The translations under genes were made by a program, and so were the position numbers. The notes beneath the pieces were generated by a model. It did no database searches, was not told where the DNA came from, and worked only from the letters and a program-made list of their open reading frames with translations. Below are positions 10,510-19,422 of a stretch of 64,000 nucleotides of DNA, in pieces. This stretch comes from Candidatus Iainarchaeum sp. (GTDB taxonomy: Archaea > Iainarchaeota > Iainarchaeia > Iainarchaeales > UBA10219): contig JAGVWE010000005.1 of assembly GCA_018304425.1 (NCBI GenBank), positions 96,001 to 160,000 on the forward strand. The letters run 5' to 3'. Each line of letters opens with the position of its first letter. Positions within the stretch are counted from its first letter, which is position 1.

Positions 10510-11331
10510 TCACAGCACCACCGAGGCGAAGGCCAACAGCGCGAGCATCATGGCCTGCTTGGAGAGGCCCTGGGCTTTCCTGAACTCGTCGCTCAGGGCC
10601 TGGAATCCGGCATAGGCGAAGACGATGCCGGAGAAGACGATGAGGGGAAAGAACCAGGCCTTCTCATAATAGTAGCGGGTTCCCGCGAACAAGGCCACGG
10701 CCACGGCAAAGGCGTAGCAGAACAGGATGAGGCTCTTCACCGGGGAATGGCCGATGAGCATGGGCAGGCTCACCTTGTGGCCCTGGTCTCCTTCCAGGTC
10801 TTCGAGGTCCTTTGTGAGTTCCCGGCCGAGGTTGGCGAGCATGGCGCTGAAGGCAAGGAATATCACGGGAAAATAGCTGCCAGAAACCGAGGCCCCGAAC
10901 AAGAGCGTTACCGCCGTTCCCGAGGCGACAATCCAGTTGCCCACGTACTTCATTTTCTTGAGCAGCGAGGAATAGGCCAGGAGCAGTCCGGTGAAGACCA
11001 GGGAAATCAGGAAAGCCGCGGCATTGACTTGGTAGGCCAAGGCATTGCCGGCCACGAACAGGAACAGGGACTCGGCTAACACGAAGCGCGCGGAAAGCTT
11101 TCCGCTGGGGATGGGCCGGTGGGGCTTCGTTTTCCGGTCAATGGAGCGGTCAAAGTAGTCGTTGATGGCCTGGCCCGCGCCGCACACCAGGAAAGCCGCC
11201 AGCATGGCAGTGAAAAGGTCGACCGTTACCAGGAACCGGGAAAGGGAAGCCCAATAGCCTATCGCGGTGGCCAACGCGGCCATGAAGCAATTAGTGGGCC
11301 GCAAGACTTTGATGGCTGCCAGTGGCTTCAT
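10510..11331 (-). CDS. Digeranylgeranylglyceryl-phosphate synthase (UbiA family)
   Basis: RPTN, INDYFDRSIDR..P.RPIPSG, RELTKDLEDLEGD motifs. Confidence 0.85.
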   Translation of the reverse strand: MKPLAAIKVLRPTNCFMAALATAIGYWASLSRFLVTVDLFTAMLAAFLVCGAGQAINDYFDRSIDRKTKPHRPIPSGKLSARFVLAESLFLFVAGNALAYQVNAAAFLISLVFTGLLLAYSSLLKKMKYVGNWIVASGTAVTLLFGASVSGSYFPVIFLAFSAMLANLGRELTKDLEDLEGDQGHKVSLPMLIGHSPVKSLILFCYAFAVAVALFAGTRYYYEKAWFFPLIVFSGIVFAYAGFQALSDEFRKAQGLSKQAMMLALLAFASVVL

Positions 11332-11404
11332 TCAACCCCTAGGGTGTAGGGCCAAAGACTTTAAATTGAAAGCAGACGGGGGGCAGAGGGTCGGGCTGAA
11401 GGGT

Positions 11405-11566
11405 TTACGCCTTCTTCTGCTTGTTCTTTTGGCGGAACCGCTTGGAACCGCATTTCCGGCACTTGGGTGGGGAAGTCCCGGGACTGGACCGCATCTTGGC
11501 ATTGCAGGACATGCACACCCATACATTGGTGAACAGCCTGTTCATGGAGACCGGAAACGATGCCAT
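11405..11566 (-). CDS. rpl40e: Ribosomal protein eL40
   Basis: 53 aa, CMSCNA...KCRKCGSKRFR zinc ribbon. Confidence 0.9.
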   Translation of the reverse strand: MASFPVSMNRLFTNVWVCMSCNAKMRSSPGTSPPKCRKCGSKRFRQKNKQKKA

Positions 11567-11681
11567 GCAATCACACCAAAAAACGCTGCAAACCTTTAAA
11601 AACCATTTTAACGCCAATTGAATGGGTTTGCAGATAACCTATTTTAGAATGAATTAATTTATAAACCAGCCACCCCCTTTT

Positions 11682-11754
11682 GCCTCGATAGTGCAGCGGT
11701 CAAGCACATGGGCCTTTCAAGCCCGTAACCCGGGTTCAAATCCCGGTCGGGGCA
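11682..11754 (+). tRNA. tRNA-Glu(TTC)
   Basis: GCCTCGA/TCGGGGC acceptor, anticodon loop CTTTCAA, TATA TTTATAAA upstream. Confidence 0.95.
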
Positions 11755-11837
11755 CTTTTCTAATTTGGGGGGAGATGCGAAGTCGATCGCCGAGGGCGCC
11801 GGTGTTGGTGTGATGTCGGCCGGGAAAGTACGCGTAG

Positions 11838-14213
11838 TCACCGCTGGCCCAACGCTTGTTCTTTGGCCAGGGAAAGCGTCAGGGCCCTGATGGTTTCCAC
11901 CGCGTCGATGTTGGCGGAAACCGAGTCGATGCCGTAGCCGATGAGCGTTTTCACCATTTCCGGGTTGCTGGCGGCCTGTCCGCAGATGCTGGTCTTGACT
12001 CCCGCCTTCTTACAGGCCGCGATGACGTGCTCGATTTCGCGCAGCACCGCGGGATGCATCTCGCTGAACTGTTTCTGGATGCGCTCGTTGTTGCGGTCGA
12101 TGCCCAGCGTCAACTGGGTCAAGTCGTTGGTGCCGAAGGAGATGAAGCGGATTTTTTCGGCGAGGAGCTCGTCGATGACCCAGCAGGCGGCCGGGGTTTC
12201 CACCATGACGCCGAACTCGAAGAAGGGGTCGTTCAAGTCAAAACCGCATTCCACCATCAGGGCCTTGGCCTTCCGCACTTCGTCGACGGAAATAACGAAG
12301 GGCAGCATGACGCCGATGTTCGTGTAACCTTCTTTGCGCAATTGGAAGATGGCCCGCAACTGGGCCTTGAACAATTCGGGTTCGTCGAGGTCGCGTCGGA
12401 TGCCGTGCCAGCCAATCATGGGGTTTTCCTCGTGGGGTTCTTTCTCGCCCCCGGCCAGCTCACGGAACTCGTCCGTGCGCGCGTCAAAGGTCCGATACCA
12501 TACCGGCTTGCCCTTGAAGTGGGAAGCCACTTTCCGGATGTCCTCCCGCACCACCTCAACGAGTTTCTTGGCTTCGCCGCGCCGCAGGAACTCCGCCGGG
12601 TGCTCGCCGGAAGCCGTAATCATGTGCTCGGCGCGCAGCAAGCCAACCCCGTCCGCGCCGGTTTTCTCGGCGTTCTCGGCGGCCTCGGGCAGGGCCACGT
12701 TGACCTTGACTTTGATGGCGCGCGACCGCAAGGCATTGAGTACGGCTTGCTTGCGCAGGACATCCGTTACCTGGCCTGGAAGCCGCAAGGCCTTTTCGAG
12801 GACGGGAACCTCGGCATCCGAAACCACTTCCACCGCCGCGTTTTCCTGGCTGGCCGCCTTTTTCAGGGGCGGCGTGCCGGCGTAGACCAGGCCCTTGAAG
12901 CCGTCCACCGTAATCGTCATGCCGTCCTTCAAGACCCGGGTGGCCTGTTCCGAGCCCACCACGCAGGGAATCTGGAGTTCGCGGGAAACAATGGCGGCGT
13001 GGCTGGTCCTCCCCCCCTCGTCCGTGACAATGGCCGCGCACTTTTTCATGATGGGCACCCAGCTGGGGTTGGTCATCACGGTTACGAGGACGTGGCCAGG
13101 CTGCACCTTGGCGATGTCCTTGACATCCGGCACCACGCTGACCACGCCGGACACCACGCCTGGAGAGGCCGCAAGCCCTTTAAGCAGGGGCTGCACGTCT
13201 CCCGCCACCTCCACTTTTTCCTTCAACTTGTGGAGCGTGGTAATGGCACGCGTTTGAACCAAAAACATCTTGCCGCCTTCCACGGCGAACTCCACGTCCT
13301 GGGGCTTGCCATAATGTTGTTCGAGTTTCAGGCCCAGACGCGCGACCTCCAAAATGAGTTTGTCGGAAATCTTCTGCTTTTCCCTGAGTTCGGGTTTCAG
13401 GTTGACCTGCTTGTTTCCCTTGGAGGCCCGGGCCAGCATCCAGTCCTGTTTGGCGAGTTCCTTGTGGACAATCTGCAGGCTTTCCTTGTCCACGACATAG
13501 TTGTCGGGCTTGAGGGTTCCGCCCACCACGACTTCCCCGAGGCCGAAAGCGGCTTCGACAACGATCTTGTCCAAGTCCCCGCCCGGGTCAGCCGTGAACA
13601 TGACACCTGAGGCCTCGGAGTTCACCATTTTCTGGACGACTACCGCAATCCCCACTCTTTCCGTGCCAAAGCCCTGCTTCTTGCGGTAGAAGACCGCGCG
13701 CGGCGTGAACAGCGAGGCCCAGCAGTTTTGCACGGCTTTGACCACTTCCGGCCGGCCGATGACGTTCAAATAGGTCTCCTGCTGGCCGGCAAAGCTGGCC
13801 TCGGGCAGGTCCTCGGCCGTCGCCGAACTCCGGACCGCGACATAGGGCTGCTCGCTGCTGGAGAGGTTGCCCCAACCCACCTTTTTTTGTTCGATGCGCT
13901 GGTAGGCTTTCTGGATTTCGACCCCGATTTCTTCGGGCATCCGGGCGGAGAGGATGAGTTCCCGCACCTGTTCGGTCACGGCTTCCAGGGCTGCGGTGTC
14001 ATCGACGTCCAGGGGCTCTAAGAGGGCCAGGATTTTTTGCTTGATGCCCGTGCGTTCGAGGAAATGGTAATAGGCCTGCGTGGTCACGATGAAGCCGTTG
14101 GGAATCGGGAAGCGGTTGTTGGCCATCTCGCCCAGATTCGCGCCCTTGCCGCCCACCGTGGGAATGTCGTCCTTGCCCACGTCGTCAAACCAGACAATGA
14201 ACTTCACCGGCAT
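11838..14213 (-). CDS. ppsA: Phosphoenolpyruvate synthase
   Basis: VGGKGANLGE, AVRSSATAEDLP.ASFAGQ, TSHAAIVSRE phospho-His, SFGTNDLTQ; SD AGGGTGA before MPVKF. Confidence 0.96.
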   Translation of the reverse strand: MPVKFIVWFDDVGKDDIPTVGGKGANLGEMANNRFPIPNGFIVTTQAYYHFLERTGIKQKILALLEPLDVDDTAALEAVTEQVRELILSARMPEEIGVEIQKAYQRIEQKKVGWGNLSSSEQPYVAVRSSATAEDLPEASFAGQQETYLNVIGRPEVVKAVQNCWASLFTPRAVFYRKKQGFGTERVGIAVVVQKMVNSEASGVMFTADPGGDLDKIVVEAAFGLGEVVVGGTLKPDNYVVDKESLQIVHKELAKQDWMLARASKGNKQVNLKPELREKQKISDKLILEVARLGLKLEQHYGKPQDVEFAVEGGKMFLVQTRAITTLHKLKEKVEVAGDVQPLLKGLAASPGVVSGVVSVVPDVKDIAKVQPGHVLVTVMTNPSWVPIMKKCAAIVTDEGGRTSHAAIVSRELQIPCVVGSEQATRVLKDGMTITVDGFKGLVYAGTPPLKKAASQENAAVEVVSDAEVPVLEKALRLPGQVTDVLRKQAVLNALRSRAIKVKVNVALPEAAENAEKTGADGVGLLRAEHMITASGEHPAEFLRRGEAKKLVEVVREDIRKVASHFKGKPVWYRTFDARTDEFRELAGGEKEPHEENPMIGWHGIRRDLDEPELFKAQLRAIFQLRKEGYTNIGVMLPFVISVDEVRKAKALMVECGFDLNDPFFEFGVMVETPAACWVIDELLAEKIRFISFGTNDLTQLTLGIDRNNERIQKQFSEMHPAVLREIEHVIAACKKAGVKTSICGQAASNPEMVKTLIGYGIDSVSANIDAVETIRALTLSLAKEQALGQR

Positions 14214-14227
14214 GCGCTTGTTCACCC

Positions 14228-15610
14228 TTACCCGCTTCGCTCGCTTGCGTTTATGACTTCCTTGGCCCAATTGATTTGAATCATGTTGGTCGCGGGCTGC
14301 GTGGCAAACCTTCCCGCCGTGAACAACAACAAGTCGCTTCCCTCAATTAAACCTTTCGCATGCAGCCACTTGGCCACCGGGATGATCCGGTTCTTTTCCG
14401 CCTGGCCAGGGTAGTGGCAGGGCTGCACGCCATAGTAGAGCATGAGTTGCCGTTTGACGGCAGGCGAGGCCGTGACTGCCAGGATGGGCTGCTGGAGCCG
14501 ATACCTTGAAATGAGGCGGGCGGTATAGCCTGACCTCGTCATGACAATGACCTTGCTGACGTGCAGCATGGTGCAGGAGGCCGCGGCGGCCGAGGCAATG
14601 GCTTTGGACACGTTGCGGCCCGCGCCTTCGGCAAACGTGCTCTTGGCCATGTGCTCGGTGGCCCGGGCAATCGAGGCCAGGGTTTTCACGGCTTCCACGG
14701 GAAACTCGCCTTTCGCGGTTTCCCCGCTCAACATGAGGGCATCGGCCCCGTCCAGGATGGCGTTGGCTGCGTCGCTGGTCTCCGCACGGGTGGCCCGCGG
14801 CCGGTGAATCATGGACTCCAAAACCTGCGTGGCCACGATGACGAATTTCCCGGCTGCATTGCATTTGCGGATGAACTCCTTTTGCAGGAGGGGCACGCGT
14901 TCCTGGGGCAGTTCAACGCCCAAATCGCCTCTCGCCACCATGATGCCGTCGCTGGCCTCAAGGATTTTGTCGAAGTGCTTCACGCCCTGGCGGTTCTCGA
15001 TTTTGGCGATGACCTGGATGTCGGTTCCCTTGAGCGCTTTTTTCACGGCGAGGACGTCGCGCTCGGTTTGGGCGAAGGACAAGGCCACGAAGTCCACGTT
15101 GTGTTTCCGGGCAAAGGCCAGGTTCTCGTAATCCTTTTTCTGGAGGGCCGGCACGTTGAATTTCACGCCCAAGACGTTCACGCCCACGTGGTCGTAGAGT
15201 TCCCCAGCAGAGACAAACCGCAGCCTCACGGCAGTGGCCTGCTTCTCGATGATCTTGGCCTCGATGAGGCCATCGGAGAAGAACACGCTGTGGCCGACCT
15301 TGGCCTGCCGAAAAAAGTCGTGGTTGAACCAGTAGGCGTGGCCCGGGTGGAAGCCGAAGGAAAGCTCGTCCCCCTTCTTCACTTCGATGGGCGCCTTCAT
15401 GCCTGCCCTCAAATCCAGCCCCTTGGTGTCAATCAGGACCGGCACGTCGGCCACGCTTCGGACTTGCCGGATGGCCTGGCTCCATTGCCTGGGGTCCCCG
15501 TGCGCGCAGTTGATGCGCACGCAGTCCATGCCGGCGGCAGCCATTTGCCGGAGGACATTTGGCTCCAGGCAGGCCGGTCCGACCGTGCAAACAATCTTGG
15601 TTTTTTTCAT
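14228..15610 (-). CDS. pyk: Pyruvate kinase
   Basis: KTKIVCTVGP, IAKIE, MVARGDLGVE, TRAE.SD.ANA..DG.DA.MLSGET. Confidence 0.97.
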   Translation of the reverse strand: MKKTKIVCTVGPACLEPNVLRQMAAAGMDCVRINCAHGDPRQWSQAIRQVRSVADVPVLIDTKGLDLRAGMKAPIEVKKGDELSFGFHPGHAYWFNHDFFRQAKVGHSVFFSDGLIEAKIIEKQATAVRLRFVSAGELYDHVGVNVLGVKFNVPALQKKDYENLAFARKHNVDFVALSFAQTERDVLAVKKALKGTDIQVIAKIENRQGVKHFDKILEASDGIMVARGDLGVELPQERVPLLQKEFIRKCNAAGKFVIVATQVLESMIHRPRATRAETSDAANAILDGADALMLSGETAKGEFPVEAVKTLASIARATEHMAKSTFAEGAGRNVSKAIASAAAASCTMLHVSKVIVMTRSGYTARLISRYRLQQPILAVTASPAVKRQLMLYYGVQPCHYPGQAEKNRIIPVAKWLHAKGLIEGSDLLLFTAGRFATQPATNMIQINWAKEVINASERSG

Positions 15611-15614
15611 GGCA

Positions 15615-16439
15615 TCACTTCACGGCCTGGTCGAGCCTGGCCTCGATGGCTTGCCCGAACAGTTTCACGTAGCCGTCCGGGCTCTTGCTGGTGTCCTTGT
15701 TTTCAACGAACACCGTGAACGCGATTTCGTCCCGGCGGCAGAGCACTCTCGCGGTCTTCTGGATGACGCCTCCCTCGAACTTGATGGAAAAGCAGGTCGA
15801 GCCCAACCCCTCGTCAAAGGCTTTCGTGGTCTCATCGGTTTTCATGGTGCCCTTTTCCTTGCTGAAATAGTCTTTAGCATTGGACTTGGACTGGAACCGG
15901 ATGACCTTCACTTCAATGGCCGTGCTGCCGCCGGACTCCTCGGCCTTCTTGAGGGCCAACAGCCTTCCCTCCGCATACCCGGTTTCCCCCGAACCAAACT
16001 CCTCGTCCCTTTCAACCGAGTAATCCGAGCCATACTCGGCTTTGGCCGGCATCAAGTCGATTACTTTGGCTTCGGCCAGGGTCTTGGGCACGGGCTTGGC
16101 TTCCGGCTTCGAACCGCCTGCCGGCACAGGGGTTTCACCCGATGCAGGCTGCTGACCTTCCGTGCCCGTGGAAGGGCTTGCCACCGAACCAGGTGTTGTG
16201 GACTTGAACTGGGCCAGGCACTTCTTTTTGGCGGCCTCCGAGTAAACGCTATTGCACCAGTCCGCGTTCTTCTCGTTCCGGGCCTTCAAGGAATAGCACA
16301 CGTCCTTCAACAGGCTGCCCGGCTGGTCCTCGCATTCCTGGACCGTTTTCTTGGAGAGGCCCGGCAAGAGGTTGAAGAAACCCAACGCAATCAAGGCCAC
16401 CAGCACAACGGCCAGAACGGCAACGACCTTTAACTCCAT
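15615..16439 (-). CDS. Membrane-anchored extracellular hypothetical protein
   Basis: N-terminal TM, C..KDVCY..A..C..C Cys motif, P/T/S-rich linker; divergent from the pilin gene. Confidence 0.7.
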   Translation of the reverse strand: MELKVVAVLAVVLVALIALGFFNLLPGLSKKTVQECEDQPGSLLKDVCYSLKARNEKNADWCNSVYSEAAKKKCLAQFKSTTPGSVASPSTGTEGQQPASGETPVPAGGSKPEAKPVPKTLAEAKVIDLMPAKAEYGSDYSVERDEEFGSGETGYAEGRLLALKKAEESGGSTAIEVKVIRFQSKSNAKDYFSKEKGTMKTDETTKAFDEGLGSTCFSIKFEGGVIQKTARVLCRRDEIAFTVFVENKDTSKSPDGYVKLFGQAIEARLDQAVK

Positions 16440-16554
16440 GACTTTATTGGCCTTTAACGTTTTTTATGCCTATGTGCTCGCTACGGCTCGCAGCGGCTCG
16501 CAGCCAAACCCGTCGACAGATAGGTTTTTATTCGGGTTCGGCGTAATGGATGGC

Positions 16555-16866
16555 ATGGAACTCCGGAACCCACTCGCCCTGCTTGCTTTCCTGTTGCTGA
16601 ACGCGGTGGTGGTGGCGGCCGACACCAATGCCTCGGACGCGCAGTCCCTGGCCAACATCCTGGCCCCCTTGAACAAGGTCAAAAACCTGGTGCTGAGCGT
16701 TGCGGGAGTCATCGCCGTCATCTTCTTGGTCATCAACGGCGTGAAGTGGATGTTCGCGGACTCGCCACAGGCCAAGGAAGAAGCCAAGCGCGGCCTCCAA
16801 GGCGCCATCATCGGCCTGGTCATCATTGCCGCGGCCTTCCCGTTGACCGACTACCTGCTCCCCTAA
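16555..16866 (+). CDS. TrbC/VirB2-like conjugative-type pilin
   Basis: Signal peptide, then two hydrophobic helices joined by G.KWMFADSPQAKEEAKR..GAIIGL; start 16555 or 16546. Confidence 0.8.
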   Translation: MELRNPLALLAFLLLNAVVVAADTNASDAQSLANILAPLNKVKNLVLSVAGVIAVIFLVINGVKWMFADSPQAKEEAKRGLQGAIIGLVIIAAAFPLTDYLLP

Positions 16867-16921
16867 TTGGGGCCCATAGCGTTAAATCCTGTTTGTGCTT
16901 CCAGTGCATGGGTTTTCGGGG

Positions 16922-18424
16922 ATGAGGCCAAGCCGGGTAGCAGCCATTCTTTTCCTGCTGGTGGGGGGCACGGTTTCCACCCAGGCACTGCCCCTGATTC
17001 CCGCGGATTGCCAGGGCTTCCCGGGAGACGTGGAAGCCTGCCAGCTGGTGCTCGACGAAAACAACCTCTCGCTGGGGGAAAAAAAGGAGTTGTTCGCCGA
17101 GCTCTGGATCGGAAACGACCTGCTGCCCAACCACGCGGCCATCCTGGAATGGGATGACAACATCCTGGTGGGCAGCCCACCGAGCGGCACCCTGCCGCAA
17201 AGCAACCTGGTCATAAAGAATGCCTGGATCCGGTTCCTCTACGTGCTGCCCGCGGTGTACGACAAAACGGACGGCCAGTGGCTGCTGCCCAAAAACATGA
17301 CGGCCAAGCTGCGGTACAACTATGGCGTGGTGGCGCCGTTTGGCACCGAGCCAGGGGATTGCCTGACGAATTACTCGGTGGCCGATGAGGACTCCTCCCT
17401 CCGCGTCACCCGGAATGGCTCCTACCTTGGTTCCAGCCTGAACCCCAGCATCCAAACCGTGCCAGGCACGAACACCCTGGCCGCGGAACTGCAAGTGGTG
17501 GCCAGCATCCTGGTCCTTCATTATGACTACCAAACCGTGTGCACGGCCCATGACCCGGTTACCGGCGCCTGCACGCAGACCGCGCAAGTGTGCCAGCAGT
17601 CCTCCAGCGAGGTCAGGGACTATTACCTCACGGTGAGCGATTCGTTCACCGGCATCCGGCAGGACTTCGATTACGCGCTGCAGTTCCGGTACGAGGACCT
17701 CAACGGCTTGCGGCAGGCCCACCTGGAATGGTCCACCACAGCTCCGATGAACGAGCTCTTGTTGGACCTGGATGGTGCCACCTATTCCCTGAGCGAGGCC
17801 GCGTATGGCGTCAAGCGGAGGCTCTCCCCGTATGACTTCCTCTACCTGGAGCGGACCCGCAAGGAAAGCAGGAAGAAATCCGGTTTGGTCGAGCTGGCCT
17901 ACGAGCGAAGGCTCTCCAGCGGCGTGTACGCCTATAACCTCACGCTGGGCCTGGACCAGAAACCCGAGCAATGCGCCCTCAGACTCCTCAGCGACTTCAA
18001 CGAATTCAATGAAAGCAGCCAATGCGTGTTCTTGGACCTGAACGCAACCGCCCTGACCCTGGCACTGGACAAGGCCGACTATGACTTCCAGGAACCCATG
18101 GCCATCCAGGTGAACCTCTCACGGCCGGGAGGCGTGCCCTTGCCGGGAAAAAACATTTCCATCAAGTACGGCGAAAAAACCGCTTACGGGATTACTAACA
18201 ACGACGGCAATGCGTCCTTTGCCATCACGGCCAGGGAGTCGTATGGGCTGGTGCAGGCCTTCTTCGAATCGGATGGCAGCTTTGCCTCGGCCAAGGCCGC
18301 AAAGCGGGCCGTGCTGCGCACGAAAGCCAACTGGGACTTGATGGTCCTCGTGACAGGCTATTTCGCGGCCAACGTTTTCATTTTCCTGCTAATCCAGCGG
18401 TATCTCGGCAAGTGGCTGGATTAG
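16922..18424 (+). CDS. Secreted beta-rich surface protein with C-terminal TM anchor
   Basis: Signal peptide (RVAAILFLLVGG), Cys pairs, Ig-like C-terminal segment, TM at the end; second gene of the T4SS-like operon. Confidence 0.7.
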   Translation: MRPSRVAAILFLLVGGTVSTQALPLIPADCQGFPGDVEACQLVLDENNLSLGEKKELFAELWIGNDLLPNHAAILEWDDNILVGSPPSGTLPQSNLVIKNAWIRFLYVLPAVYDKTDGQWLLPKNMTAKLRYNYGVVAPFGTEPGDCLTNYSVADEDSSLRVTRNGSYLGSSLNPSIQTVPGTNTLAAELQVVASILVLHYDYQTVCTAHDPVTGACTQTAQVCQQSSSEVRDYYLTVSDSFTGIRQDFDYALQFRYEDLNGLRQAHLEWSTTAPMNELLLDLDGATYSLSEAAYGVKRRLSPYDFLYLERTRKESRKKSGLVELAYERRLSSGVYAYNLTLGLDQKPEQCALRLLSDFNEFNESSQCVFLDLNATALTLALDKADYDFQEPMAIQVNLSRPGGVPLPGKNISIKYGEKTAYGITNNDGNASFAITARESYGLVQAFFESDGSFASAKAAKRAVLRTKANWDLMVLVTGYFAANVFIFLLIQRYLGKWLD

Positions 18425-18486
18425 GTTTTAAATCACCTTTATAGAATGGAATTATATAATGGAATTCGCATAATTGGGTGGGTTTT

Positions 18487-19416
18487 ATGGGGCACAGAAC
18501 CTTGGCCGTCCTGGTTTTCCTCCTGCTCTTGTCGCAGGCCTCCGCCCAGTTTGTGGAAGAAATCCGGGACATCCCGCAGGGCACGGCCGATGCGATCGTC
18601 GCCAAGCAAAAACAGGAGCTGGTCCTGTTCATCAACCCGTTCCTGAGCGCGATAAAGACGTTCATCCTCTCCAACCCCAATCCCTTGGACCTGTTCGACC
18701 ACTGGAAGCTGATTGTCTCCGTAATTTCGGCCTTCTACATCCTGTTGTTCCTGGTGGCGGGGTTGAAGTTCGTGCTCGGTGCCTATGACGTTGGCCAACG
18801 CGAGGAGGCAAAGGTCTGGTTCAAGAACGCCTTGTTCCTGGTCATCGTCTTGAACGCCTCGTACCTGCTTTACTCCATCCTCCTGGACCTGGGCTCCGGG
18901 GTTTCCCTGGTGTTCTGGGACGCCAAGTTCGAGAGCCTCTTCAGCTTTGAAGCCATCGAGTCCCTGAACCTGTTCAGCCTCTACTACTTGGCGTTCAGTT
19001 CCTCGCTTTTGTGGTTCACGCTGTTCATGCGGTATGCCCTGCTGCTCATCGGCGTGGTCATTTTCCCGCTGGGCTTGTTCCTGTTCTTCATCCCGCCCAT
19101 GAAAACCTATGGTTCCGCCATCCTGAACATCTTCGGCTCCGCGGTCTTCATCCAGCTCATCGACACGATCACCCTGAAGGTCATGGACCTGACCCTGGCC
19201 GGGCTCTCCAGCCCGGACTTCAAGTTCCTCATCCCGAGCACGGCCTACTTCATCATCTTCTCCATCAACCTGGCCATCCTCTTGATTGCGGCGTTGCGCG
19301 GCGTGCACTCCGTCAAGGCGTACTCGCCGAACATCGCGAACGTCGTCAGCTACATCACCCCGCCGAGCTCCTACCTGAGCCCCGTGGAAAAGCCCCTGAG
19401 CTACGCCAAGGAGTAA
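18487..19416 (+). CDS. VirB6/TrbL-like polytopic membrane protein
   Basis: 6-7 TMs, R..LL.IGV..FPL..F.F.P pattern, position between pilin and VirB4; start 18487 or 18478. Confidence 0.6.
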   Translation: MGHRTLAVLVFLLLLSQASAQFVEEIRDIPQGTADAIVAKQKQELVLFINPFLSAIKTFILSNPNPLDLFDHWKLIVSVISAFYILLFLVAGLKFVLGAYDVGQREEAKVWFKNALFLVIVLNASYLLYSILLDLGSGVSLVFWDAKFESLFSFEAIESLNLFSLYYLAFSSSLLWFTLFMRYALLLIGVVIFPLGLFLFFIPPMKTYGSAILNIFGSAVFIQLIDTITLKVMDLTLAGLSSPDFKFLIPSTAYFIIFSINLAILLIAALRGVHSVKAYSPNIANVVSYITPPSSYLSPVEKPLSYAKE

Positions 19417-19422
19417 CGCTTC

